From Flavobacteriales bacterium CG_4_9_14_3_um_filter_40_17 (lineage in GTDB: Bacteria > Bacteroidota > Bacteroidia > Flavobacteriales > Flavobacteriaceae): a stretch of DNA of 64,000 nucleotides. This document shows positions 55,388 through 64,000 of the stretch, piece by piece (position 1 is the stretch's first letter; every line of letters begins with the position of its first letter). The notes below the pieces were generated by a model. That model was not told the origin of the DNA and made no database searches. It was given only the letters and a program-made list of their open reading frames with translations. Position numbers and translations under genes: made by a program. The stretch spans positions 135 through 64,134 of the forward strand of contig PFUR01000086.1 of NCBI GenBank assembly GCA_002790195.1, in the 5' to 3' direction.

Positions 55388-57802
55388 TCAAATCGGTTTA
55401 TATTCTTTTCCGATGATGTGCAGTTCTGTAAAATTTTGCGTAACAACCATGGTGTTGTCGCCGTTTAATTTGATATCACTAAAGGCAATCGTTTCATTGT
55501 CAACCTGAACTTTATCCACTTTGAAAGGCAGGCCGTGCAGTCTAATTTTAAAAGTCTGGTAGTCTGTTTCATACTTTCCAGCTTTGAATTGCTGGATAAT
55601 CAATTCGGTTTTTCTGCCTAACAAGGTAAAGTTCCGAAGGCTGTATCTGCCTTTTTTGTAGTCATAACCATCGCCAGAATCTTCATAAAAGTCTGATTTT
55701 TCAACACCTTCTTTGTAATAGACATCTAAAAGTAATTCTTGAATTTTTAGTTCACCTACATACTGTTGGACGGGATATTTGGGGATAATGGAACCTTCGT
55801 TGACGAAAATGGGCATTTTGTCCAAATCTGCCGACACCCAAAATTCTTTTCCACCCTCGACACATTCGTCTGTCCAAAAATCATACCATTTGCCTCTCGG
55901 AATATACATTCTGCGGCCTTTTGCATTGGGTTCTAAAACAGGGCATATCAAGATGTGTTCTCCAAAGATAAACTCATCGGTGCGGTAATGTGTTTGTGCA
56001 TCTTCTTGGTCAAAAAGCACCAAGGGTTTAAGCATGGGAATGGCTTCTACTGCATATTTGTAAAACATGGTGTAAAGATAAGGAAGGAGTTGATATCGAA
56101 GTTCGATGAAACTTCGAACGATGTCCAATACTTCTTTGTCAAATGACCAAGGTTCTTGGTCGCCGTGGTCGCCGGAAGAGTGAGTTCGGCAAAACGGATG
56201 AAAAACACCGAGTTGAATCCATCGTGCATAAAGCTCGCCGGTAGGTTGTTCGGCAAATCCACCAATATCGGAGCCAACAAAAGACATACCACTCAAGCTC
56301 ATGCGTTGAGCTTGGATGTTGGCAACCCACAAATGCTCCCAAGAGGCAACGTTGTCTCCTGTCCAGGTAGAGGTATAGCGTTGTGTGCCAGAATAGGCCG
56401 AACGCGTAATCACAAACGGGCGTTTTGGGTAGGAAAATTTCTTAACCCCTTCGTAAGTAGCACGAGCCATCTGCATTCCATAAATATTATGTGCTTTTCG
56501 GTGGCTGCAAGGGTGACCATCAAAGTCGTGCCGGACATCCAAATGAAAGGTTTTTGTGGGGACTTCCATGATAGCCGGTTCGTTCATGTCGTTCCAAACG
56601 CCTTTTACGCCCAAGTCAGCGATTAATTCTTTGTAAAGCCCGGCCCACCATTCGCGGACTTTTGGATTGGTGAAGTCGGGAAAATTACATTCTCCAGGCC
56701 AAACTTTTCCTTTGATGTAAGGACCGTCCGCTCTTTTGCAGAAGTAGCCATTTTCGAGGGCTTGTTGGTAGATATTGTAATATTTATCTATTTTGATTCC
56801 TGGATCAATAATGACAATGGTTTTGAATCCTTTTTCGGATAATTCATCTATCATCTTCTTAGGATTTGGGAAATATTCTTTATTCCAAGTGAAGCAACGG
56901 AAGCCATCCATGTAGTCAATATCTAAGTAGATGGCATCGCAAGGAATTTTGTGTTTTCTGAAGTTTTTGGCTATTTCTTTGACTTTAGATTCCGGATAAT
57001 AACTCCATTTGCTTTGGTGATAGCCCAATACCCAGAGTGGTGGAAGCTCGGGTTTTCCAGTTAAGGAAGTGTAATTTACCACCACATCATTCATGTTGGG
57101 ACCATAAATAAAATAGTAGTTCATCTCGCCACCATCTGCCCAAAAACTGGTTACGTTTCGTCGTTCATGGCAAAAATCGAAATATGTTTTGAATGTATTG
57201 TCAAAAAATACTCCATAGGCTACATGGTGGTGTAATCCAGTGTAGAAAGGAATGGCTTTGTAAATTGGGTCTTTATCTTTTCCAAATGCGTATTCGTCGG
57301 TCACCCAATTTTGGAATTTTTTTCCTTTCAGATTGAAATGTGTCGGCTTGTCGCCCAAGCCATAATAACATTCAGCATCTTGAGATACTTTACTCATTTT
57401 GACAATATTACTACCAATTTCGTAGTCTTCTTCCCAATGAAAACCGAGTTCGTCTTCTAAGATGACTTGGTCAGCTTTATCGTGGATGGAGATGCGTAAG
57501 TCTTCTTTTTGTACATAGCACTTCAACTTATTGGTTTCGATCAGGTAAGTGTCTTCCAATTCTTTGATGTCTAGAGAATTGTATCCACTGCTGGCTTCTT
57601 GGTCGATGGCGTAAGAAAAGTCATCATTAAAATAGCCGTCAGTTGAATATCTGAATCGAAGCACGCTGTCCCGGATAATCGACAACTGCAGCACTACTTC
57701 GTTTTCTGTTTTAAATTCTAAGATGTTGACGTTTTTAGTGTATGAAAAACATTTCAAAGGAAACAAGTTTCCTTTGTACTCAAGTTCCGTATTTGTAATC
57801 AT
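55388..57802 (-). CDS. GH31 alpha-glucosidase
   Basis: Probable start MITNTELEYKG (the track ORF extends to a TTG at 57853). GH31 signatures: KIPCDAIYLDIDYMDG, the catalytic-nucleophile region GVWNDMNEP, and WTGDN..W, GADIGGF (here VGSDIGGF). The exact start coordinate is uncertain by a few nt because my hand count near the A-run at ~57823 did not reconcile with the track. Confidence 0.85.
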   Translation of the reverse strand: MITNTELEYKGNLFPLKCFSYTKNVNILEFKTENEVVLQLSIIRDSVLRFRYSTDGYFNDDFSYAIDQEASSGYNSLDIKELEDTYLIETNKLKCYVQKEDLRISIHDKADQVILEDELGFHWEEDYEIGSNIVKMSKVSQDAECYYGLGDKPTHFNLKGKKFQNWVTDEYAFGKDKDPIYKAIPFYTGLHHHVAYGVFFDNTFKTYFDFCHERRNVTSFWADGGEMNYYFIYGPNMNDVVVNYTSLTGKPELPPLWVLGYHQSKWSYYPESKVKEIAKNFRKHKIPCDAIYLDIDYMDGFRCFTWNKEYFPNPKKMIDELSEKGFKTIVIIDPGIKIDKYYNIYQQALENGYFCKRADGPYIKGKVWPGECNFPDFTNPKVREWWAGLYKELIADLGVKGVWNDMNEPAIMEVPTKTFHLDVRHDFDGHPCSHRKAHNIYGMQMARATYEGVKKFSYPKRPFVITRSAYSGTQRYTSTWTGDNVASWEHLWVANIQAQRMSLSGMSFVGSDIGGFAEQPTGELYARWIQLGVFHPFCRTHSSGDHGDQEPWSFDKEVLDIVRSFIELRYQLLPYLYTMFYKYAVEAIPMLKPLVLFDQEDAQTHYRTDEFIFGEHILICPVLEPNAKGRRMYIPRGKWYDFWTDECVEGGKEFWVSADLDKMPIFVNEGSIIPKYPVQQYVGELKIQELLLDVYYKEGVEKSDFYEDSGDGYDYKKGRYSLRNFTLLGRKTELIIQQFKAGKYETDYQTFKIRLHGLPFKVDKVQVDNETIAFSDIKLNGDNTMVVTQNFTELHIIGKEYKPI

Positions 57803-57860
57803 TAGGTTAAATAAGTTTTGTGCAAAAAAATAACATTTTGATGCAGACTGCAAGTTTTGT

Positions 57861-59780
57861 TTATAATATTTGATAAATTAAGGTGGATAGAGGTCCGATT
57901 TCAATGTTTGTCGCATACGAACGTCCGTGGAGTTCTGCTTTTAATTTGCTGATTGGGTAAGTTTTGCCGTTTTCTACAAAGCCGCTACCTTCGTATTTGG
58001 CATCATCGCTGTTGAAGAGTAATTTGAGTTTGCCTTTTCGAGGCAATCCAATTTGGTATTCTTTGAAAGTATTTGGGGTAAAATTGCCGACCACGACCAA
58101 ATCATTATCAGTATCGTGCCCTTTTCGGATAAAAGACAAAATGGAGTTTTGATGATCACCATAGTCAATCCACTCGAAGCCTTCTGCGGAGAATGCTTTT
58201 TCATATAAAGCCGGTTGTGATTGATAGAAAATATTGAGGTCTGAAATAAATGTTTTAATTCCCTTGTGAAAGTCGTATTGCAAGAGGTGCCAGTCGAGGC
58301 TGGTTTGAAAATTCCACTCAGACGATTGGCCAAATTCAGCTCCCATAAAAAGCAATTTCGTTCCCGGATGCGTGAACATGTGCCCAAACAACAAGCGGAG
58401 ATTTGCAAAACGCTGCCATTCGTCGCCGGGCATGCGACCTAAGAGCGACTGTTTGCCATAAACTACCTCATCGTGCGAAAGTGGCAACATGAAGTTTTCC
58501 GAAAAACCATAAACCAAGCCAAAAGACAAATTGTTGAGATGGTATCTTCTGTAAATCGGGTCTTTTTTGAAAAACTCTAAAGTGTCGTGCATCCAGCCCA
58601 TCATCCATTTCATACCGAAACCCAATCCGCCAAGGTAGACCGGTTTGGTAACCATTGGAAATGCAGTTGATTCTTCTGCGATGGTTTGCACATCATCAAA
58701 GTTTTTGAATACTTCTTCATTAAACTCTTTCAAAAATGAAATAGCATCCAAATTTTCCCTGCCACCAAAGATATTAGGCTCCCATTGTCCATCTTCTCGC
58801 GAATAATCTAAATACAACATCGAAGCTACCGCATCGACACGCAGCCCGTCTATGTGGTATTGTTCCAGCCAGAAAATGGCATTGCTGATAAGAAAAGCCC
58901 TGACTTCATTTCTACCATAGTTGAAAATCAGGCTTTTCCAGTCTTGGTGATAACCTTTTTTCGGGTCGGGGTGTTCGTAGAGGCAACTGCCGTCAAAGAA
59001 TCCAAGCCCGTGTGCGTCTTCGGGAAAGTGGGAGGGAACCCAATCTAAAATAACTCCTATATCGTTCTGATGTAACTGATCGACCAAGTATTTAAAATCT
59101 TCGGGGGTGCCAAAACGCGAACTTGGTGCAAAATACCCGGTGAGCTGATAGCCCCAAGAGGGTTCATAAGGATGTTCCATCACGGGCATAAACTCGACGT
59201 GGGTAAATCCGGTTTCTTTGATGTATTGAACCAAATCAACTGCCAGTTCGCGGTAGGTCAGTGATTTATTTTTTTCTAAATTTCTCTTCCATGATCCCAA
59301 GTGGAGTTCATAAACAGAAAAGGGTTTATCCAATCCGTTTTTATTTTTACGGTAAGACATCCATTCGTTGTCTTGCCATTTGTAAATCCCATCCCAAACG
59401 ACAGAGGCGGTCTTAGAAGGTATTTCACAAAAACGCGCGTACGGATCGGCTTTTTCGGTCTTTACATCATTGACGTTTGAGTGGATTTTGTATTTGTATA
59501 AATCGCCGTGACCGACGGCGGGAATGAATCCTTCCCATATTCCGGAACTATCCCAGCGAACGTAGAGTTGGTGTTGTCCTTCTACCCAATAGTTAAAGTT
59601 GCCAATCACGGACACCGATTTGGCAGAAGGTGCCCAGACTGCAAAATAGGTTCCTTTCACTCCGTTGTGCGTTACCGTATGGCTACCTAATTTTTCGTAT
59701 AAACGGAAGTGTTTGCCGGATTTGAATAAATTGATGTCAAATTCTGTCAGTAGGCTGTAAACCTGAACTTTGTTGTCCAT
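57861..59780 (-). CDS. glgB: 1,4-alpha-glucan branching enzyme
   Basis: 639 aa. GH13_9-type motifs YELHLGSW, GVILDWVPSHF, DGLRVDAVASMLY, IAEESTAFP, LPLSHDEVV. Confidence 0.93.
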   Translation of the reverse strand: MDNKVQVYSLLTEFDINLFKSGKHFRLYEKLGSHTVTHNGVKGTYFAVWAPSAKSVSVIGNFNYWVEGQHQLYVRWDSSGIWEGFIPAVGHGDLYKYKIHSNVNDVKTEKADPYARFCEIPSKTASVVWDGIYKWQDNEWMSYRKNKNGLDKPFSVYELHLGSWKRNLEKNKSLTYRELAVDLVQYIKETGFTHVEFMPVMEHPYEPSWGYQLTGYFAPSSRFGTPEDFKYLVDQLHQNDIGVILDWVPSHFPEDAHGLGFFDGSCLYEHPDPKKGYHQDWKSLIFNYGRNEVRAFLISNAIFWLEQYHIDGLRVDAVASMLYLDYSREDGQWEPNIFGGRENLDAISFLKEFNEEVFKNFDDVQTIAEESTAFPMVTKPVYLGGLGFGMKWMMGWMHDTLEFFKKDPIYRRYHLNNLSFGLVYGFSENFMLPLSHDEVVYGKQSLLGRMPGDEWQRFANLRLLFGHMFTHPGTKLLFMGAEFGQSSEWNFQTSLDWHLLQYDFHKGIKTFISDLNIFYQSQPALYEKAFSAEGFEWIDYGDHQNSILSFIRKGHDTDNDLVVVGNFTPNTFKEYQIGLPRKGKLKLLFNSDDAKYEGSGFVENGKTYPISKLKAELHGRSYATNIEIGPLSTLIYQIL

Positions 59781-59781
59781 A

Positions 59782-61443
59782 TCAGTCTTGGTTATTTAAA
59801 ATATTAGAAATTCCTTTTAGTGGGATGATGGCCCATCGCGGACGAGAATTGAGCTCGTAACCCAATTCATAAACTGCTTTTTCCAACAGGCAATATTTGA
59901 GTAAAAAATTGATTTCAGATTGATACCCAATGTTCAGGTTTTTAGATTGTACAAAACTCACATAAGTATTCATGAATACCCCAACCATGTATTTATACAA
60001 TTTTTCACCAGCTTCAAAGAGTTCTTCATTGTTTTGTGGATATTTATCTTTGTTGTTGAATATGGTTGCATAAATGGCATAATGAAAAGAGCGGAACATA
60101 CCGGCAACATCTTTGAGCGGGGGTTGTTTTACTTTTCTGTCTCGAATGGTACTTTCCGGTTCTCCTTCAAAATCGATGATAAAAAAGTCTCCATCGCTGA
60201 CCAATACTTGCCCTAAATGATAATCGCCGTGTATTCTTATGCGTTCACCTTTTAGTTTGGTTTCGTCAAAATCGAGAAAGCGTGTTCTGAGCTCTTTCTT
60301 GTTGTTGAGAAATTCATGTGCCAATTCCAATGGCATTTCATCCAGCCGATGCATGTTGTTTTCAATCAAATTCACCCGGTTTTCGAATTGATAAATCAAC
60401 CTATTTTTTAACCAAACCGAATAATCATTAGTGAAGTTTTGTGAGGTGAAAGAAGTGTCTTTAGTTTCCGAGCCTAAGGCGATGTGCATTTGGGCTGTTC
60501 GACGGGCTAAGGTAGCTGTTTTATTGAATAGGTCTATCCCAGTCCATTTTAGAAAGTCCTTGGGAATGTCTGACGGATGCAATTTGGTGAATAGTGCAAT
60601 CTCCGGAAGTGCCTTGATGTCTATCTTGTTTTTTTGTAAATTCATAAAAACTTCGTCCAAAACCTTTAGAAAGTAGCTCCAAGCATCTCCTTCATTGGGG
60701 ATGAGTTCTTGCATCAACCCCAAAGTGATGGTGTTTTTATCAGAAAAATTGAGATTGATACTTCCCAAATAAGCAGGGGTGTTTTTAAAATGCCCGGTTT
60801 CGGTGAGAAATTTGCTAATTTCGTAGTCGGGGTTTTGATCGACATAGATTCTCCTGAAAATCTTAAGGATATAGTTACCGTTGAACACGATACTGGTGTT
60901 GCTTTGCTCTACACCCAAAAATTTAGAAGATTCGTAAGCAGTTGCTTTCAACCGGCTTCCTTTCCTGAATCTGACCAAACTGTTTTTTTCCTTTTTGTTG
61001 TGGAGGATATTTTCAAAAATTAATTTTCGCATTTCCTCCAAATAAATACCATCAATCAAGTAGCCAATTTCATTTTTGAGTTGAACTTTAGCCAAAACAA
61101 TAGAATCTTGAGTGGGTTGCTCTTTTACAAATGCCAACGGAAGAAAATAATCTTGTACAAAAGCTTCTTTAAAATTAACTTCAAACAAAACGCCATAGAA
61201 ACAATTAACCTCGTCTTCGAGTTTAAAAAAATCGAGTAGTTCAATGTATTTCATCGCGCTCGATTTGCCTGCATACCATCTTTGCTTCAAGATAAAGGGC
61301 TCTAAAATATCTTGGCAAAAGGTTTCTGCAAATTCGGGGGATTCGAATAAAAATCTCCATTCATTTTCAAAAACTTGTACTCTGTCAAAATGTGCAGAAA
61401 CAGTTACTTGTTTGTCTTTCATCGGATTAATTTTTACACTCAT
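59782..61443 (-). CDS. mak: Maltokinase (Pep2/Mak-like, stand-alone)
   Basis: 553 aa. N-terminal ILKQRWYAGKS resembles the Pep2 QRWF-x-GK motif. The kinase core RIHGDYHLGQVLVSDGDFFIIDFEGEP matches the maltokinase/aminoglycoside-phosphotransferase-like catalytic loop. C-terminal KAVYELGYELNSRPRW. The stop is one nt before the glgB start. Confidence 0.7.
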   Translation of the reverse strand: MSVKINPMKDKQVTVSAHFDRVQVFENEWRFLFESPEFAETFCQDILEPFILKQRWYAGKSSAMKYIELLDFFKLEDEVNCFYGVLFEVNFKEAFVQDYFLPLAFVKEQPTQDSIVLAKVQLKNEIGYLIDGIYLEEMRKLIFENILHNKKEKNSLVRFRKGSRLKATAYESSKFLGVEQSNTSIVFNGNYILKIFRRIYVDQNPDYEISKFLTETGHFKNTPAYLGSINLNFSDKNTITLGLMQELIPNEGDAWSYFLKVLDEVFMNLQKNKIDIKALPEIALFTKLHPSDIPKDFLKWTGIDLFNKTATLARRTAQMHIALGSETKDTSFTSQNFTNDYSVWLKNRLIYQFENRVNLIENNMHRLDEMPLELAHEFLNNKKELRTRFLDFDETKLKGERIRIHGDYHLGQVLVSDGDFFIIDFEGEPESTIRDRKVKQPPLKDVAGMFRSFHYAIYATIFNNKDKYPQNNEELFEAGEKLYKYMVGVFMNTYVSFVQSKNLNIGYQSEINFLLKYCLLEKAVYELGYELNSRPRWAIIPLKGISNILNNQD

Positions 61444-61495
61444 AAGTCCTGAGGCTATATTGAGAAAAATGAATATGTTTTATCTAACTTTTCTT

Positions 61496-63433
61496 CTATT
61501 TATAAATTTTAAACAGATGAAAAGGTAAGGAAGGATGTATTTCTACATAGTTCCATTCTTTGTTCCAAATGTAACTGCTGTCTGTGATTAAATCGTACAC
61601 CCGCACCGGATGACCTTCACGAAGGCCCAATTCCTGCAAAGGCAATTGTACCCAACCTTGCTGTTTGTAATAAGGATCCAAATTGACAATCATCAAGGTT
61701 TCATCACTTCGGTTGTTGTCAAATTTGTAATAAGCCATCAACTGGCTGTTTTCGATGTTGCAAAATTGGATGTTGTTGGTCTGTTGCAAGGAAGCGTGTT
61801 CTTTTCGGATGTGGTTTATTTTTGAAATCAACATGGTAAGCTTGTTGTTTTTATACCAGTCCCAATGGTGAATTTCATACTTTTCAGAATCCAAATATTC
61901 CTCTTTGCCGGGTACTGCCTGACAAACCATTTGTTCAAAAACAGGGCCGTAAACACCCGTGTTTGAGCTTAGGGTGGCTGCTAAAAAATACTTTTGCAAG
62001 TGAACCGATTCCAAGCCGCTTTGCAAATCATAGGGGTTGATGTCCGGCGTGTTGGGCCAAAAATTAGGTCTAAAAAATTCGCGTTGTGTGGATTTGGTAA
62101 GTTCGGTCATATATTCGATGAGTTCGTGCTTGGAATTTCGCCAAGTAAAGTACGTATAAGATTGGGTAAATCCTTGTTTAGCCAATTGATGCATAATTTT
62201 TGGACGTGTGAAAGCTTCTGCTAAAAACAACACATCGGGATGCTTCATTTTGACTTCATTAATCAGCCAACCCCAAAAGAAATACGGTTTGGTGTGTGGA
62301 TTGTCAACCCGGAAGATCCGGATGCCACAGTCAATCCAATACAGTGCGATGCCCAAAAGTTCGTTCCAAAGGTTTTTAAAATCTTCCGTTTCGAAATGAA
62401 TCGGCAAAATGTCTTGGTACTTTTTAGGTGGGTTTTCAGCATATTGAACAGTTCCGTCCGGCCGCCATTTGAACCATTTTGGGTATTCTTTTACATAGGG
62501 ATGATCAGGCGCGCATTGCAGTGCAAAATCCATGGCAATTTCGATACCGTGTTCGTTGGCAGCGTGAATCAGGTTTTTAAAGTCATCTAAATCGCCCAAC
62601 TGTGGATGAAGCGATTGGTGTCCGCCATCCTTTGAGCCGATTGCCCAAGGCGAGCCTACATCGCCTTCTTGGACAACCGTTGCGTTGTTTTTCCCTTTTC
62701 TGTTTATTTCTCCAATTGGATGAACGGGTGGGAAGTAAAGCACATCAAATCCCATTTGGGCGATGCGGGGCAACAAACGGTGGCAATCTTTGAAAGTCCC
62801 GTGTACGTTTGGCATTTCGGAGGCAGAACGCGGGAAAAACTCGTACCAAGTGCTAAATAAGGCTTTGGTTCTATCAACATAAACACTGTATTCAGGCGAT
62901 TCATTTGGAAGAAACCGATCGGGGTGTTTTTTGAAAATGTTTTTTAAATTTTTGGATACAGCTTCAGTGATAGCAGGTTGATACTGATTCTCATCTCCAA
63001 AAATACCCAGCAAATAAGTCAGGTATTGCCGGTCTGTTTCGTCTGCATTCGGGACGATTTTTTCAACATAAGCTTTACCCTCCAGTAGTTCAGAAGTAAC
63101 TTTTTGCCCATCGTCAATCTTCCTTTCGATGCCGTGTTGCCAATTGAGCGGATGATCGACCCAAGCACTGATTTTAAAATGGTAAAAACCTTGTTCGCTT
63201 ACTTCGAACATTGCTTCCCAACGGTCGTTGACGACCGGTTTCATCCGGACTTCTTTCCAATCCTGCCAATTTTTAGATTTGAATAGAAGTGTTGCTTGGA
63301 TGATGTCATGCCCATCCGGGAAAATATCGGCTTCAACATGAACAACTTCGCCCATCACTCTTTTGATGGGGAAAATGCCTCCTTCTACCAAAGGGCAAAT
63401 ATTCTCTATAACGACACGTGATTGATTCATCAT
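61496..63433 (-). CDS. glgE: Alpha-1,4-glucan:maltose-1-phosphate maltosyltransferase
   Basis: 645 aa. The N-terminus RVVIENICPLVEGGIFPIKRVMGEVVHVEADIFPDGHD is the characteristic GlgE N-domain. GH13 motifs FDVLYFPPVHPIG, RIFRVDNPHTKP, LFLAEAFTRP, FRPNFWPNTPD. Confidence 0.88.
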   Translation of the reverse strand: MMNQSRVVIENICPLVEGGIFPIKRVMGEVVHVEADIFPDGHDIIQATLLFKSKNWQDWKEVRMKPVVNDRWEAMFEVSEQGFYHFKISAWVDHPLNWQHGIERKIDDGQKVTSELLEGKAYVEKIVPNADETDRQYLTYLLGIFGDENQYQPAITEAVSKNLKNIFKKHPDRFLPNESPEYSVYVDRTKALFSTWYEFFPRSASEMPNVHGTFKDCHRLLPRIAQMGFDVLYFPPVHPIGEINRKGKNNATVVQEGDVGSPWAIGSKDGGHQSLHPQLGDLDDFKNLIHAANEHGIEIAMDFALQCAPDHPYVKEYPKWFKWRPDGTVQYAENPPKKYQDILPIHFETEDFKNLWNELLGIALYWIDCGIRIFRVDNPHTKPYFFWGWLINEVKMKHPDVLFLAEAFTRPKIMHQLAKQGFTQSYTYFTWRNSKHELIEYMTELTKSTQREFFRPNFWPNTPDINPYDLQSGLESVHLQKYFLAATLSSNTGVYGPVFEQMVCQAVPGKEEYLDSEKYEIHHWDWYKNNKLTMLISKINHIRKEHASLQQTNNIQFCNIENSQLMAYYKFDNNRSDETLMIVNLDPYYKQQGWVQLPLQELGLREGHPVRVYDLITDSSYIWNKEWNYVEIHPSLPFHLFKIYK

Positions 63434-63509
63434 AAAAAAAACATTATCATTTTTTATAAAAGTATAAAAATAGGTTTAAATAACTAACTTGCATATAAAT
63501 TTTTTAACA

Positions 63510-64000
63510 ATGCCACAAAATGACTTAAAGTTGTTACAAGAGAGAAGCGTTCAGATTCCTCCCAATATTATCAAAACCGGAAAAATCCTCCAATCCCTGT
63601 CGCTCTCATTGGCAACCAAATTTGCCGCTAAACTTTTTATCACGCCCATCAAATACACACCGCCCAAAAGAGAAGAAATAATGGACCGAAAATCGGTTCA
63701 GAAAGATTTTTTAGTAAAGGAAATTAACCGCATCATTCGAGTGTATGAATACGGGCAATCCGACAAAAAAATATTGCTCGTGCATGGGTGGAGTGGCCGT
63801 GGCACTCAGATGTTTAAGATAGCCGACGCACTTTTGAAATTGGGTTATATGACCATCAGTTTCGATGCACCCGCCCACGGCAAATCGCCCGGTAAAACCA
63901 CGATGATGCCGCATTTTATTGCCACTTGTTTGGAACTTGGACTATATTATGGCGGGTTTTATGCAGCTGTTGGCCACTCGTTAGGTGGGATGAGCCTGCT
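63510..64000 (+). CDS. Alpha/beta-fold hydrolase, 5' part (runs off the right edge)
   Basis: My translation from the ATG at 63510: MPQNDLKLLQERSV..KKILLVHGWSGRGTQMFKIADALLKLGYMTISFDAPAHGKSPG..YAAVGHSLGGMSL. It has the HGW oxyanion region and the GHSLGG nucleophile elbow. The frame is open to nt 64000. It is absent from the ORF track, presumably because it has no stop in the window. Confidence 0.75.
   Translation, partial: MPQNDLKLLQERSVQIPPNIIKTGKILQSLSLSLATKFAAKLFITPIKYTPPKREEIMDRKSVQKDFLVKEINRIIRVYEYGQSDKKILLVHGWSGRGTQMFKIADALLKLGYMTISFDAPAHGKSPGKTTMMPHFIATCLELGLYYGGFYAAVGHSLGGMSL

Noticed and set aside
57803-57853. TTG-initiated 17-codon extension of the GH31 gene
   Set aside because: A non-ATG start with a non-conserved, Phe/Asn-rich peptide. 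An in-frame ATG (MITNTELEYKG) follows and is the more plausible start. My hand count around the A-run near 57823 did not reconcile with the track, so I give the start with reduced precision rather than over-interpret it.
1-64000. Search for CRISPR arrays, IS/transposase or integrase genes, prophage blocks, rRNA and tRNA genes, and toxin-antitoxin or obvious defence-system genes
   Set aside because: None seen. There are no regularly spaced direct repeats, no DDE or tyrosine-recombinase motifs, no tRNA cloverleaf candidates and no nuclease/helicase/methylase clusters. The window looks like core chromosome with a surface-protein and EPS accessory region at its left end.

Overview
AT-rich chromosomal segment that reads as Bacteroidota, Flavobacteriia-like. 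This placement is an inference from T9SS C-terminal sorting domains, a GldI-like lipoprotein, TTTG/TAnnTTTG promoter boxes and the DUF1080/GMC/MoxR gene content. I can support about 50 protein-coding genes, one clear pseudogene, several intrinsic terminators and a few intergenic repeats. I found no rRNA, tRNA, CRISPR array, transposase or integrase.

Gene order, left to right:
- Three tandem paralogous giant T9SS-cargo surface proteins, the first truncated by the window edge.
- Two small secreted proteins with a shared N-terminal domain and unrelated C-terminal heads.
- A tightly coupled three-gene exopolysaccharide synthase set: HEAT-repeat protein, GT2 synthase, TPR plus beta-barrel porin.
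- Housekeeping genes: dnaX, an OmpA-like lipoprotein, a Ste24-like M48 protease, a Rel/SpoT homolog, a Fur-like regulator and purA.
- A cyclophilin-FKBP fusion, a GldI-like FKBP and nrnA.
- A PhoD-like phosphatase and a single-RRM RNA-binding protein.
- A translationally coupled operon (SpoIIM-like, membrane protein, DUF4129, DUF4350, MoxR, TIGR02757-like) lying head-to-head with an RDD gene.
- DUF1080, PAP2, a YVTN beta-propeller protein, rnz and pdxH.
- A GMC flavoprotein with a TAT small subunit, then Dabb, MarC and AraC genes.
- A decayed DUF1304 gene, then acs, gltD-gltB, an MFS transporter and an M48 peptidase.
- A glgE-mak-glgB-GH31 alpha-glucan operon.
- The 5' part of an alpha/beta hydrolase gene.

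The most second-look-worthy items:
- The unnamed conserved module in the T9SS giants.
- The shared-N-terminus, variable-head secreted pair.
- The minimal HEAT/GT2/porin EPS system.
- The function-unknown MoxR module, which lacks its usual DUF58 partner.
- A10 runs in dnaX that give immediate -1 stops at the domain III boundary.
- A GlgE pathway without TreS.

Nothing here can be called novel from sequence alone. All functional calls are motif recognition by eye, with no database search run.
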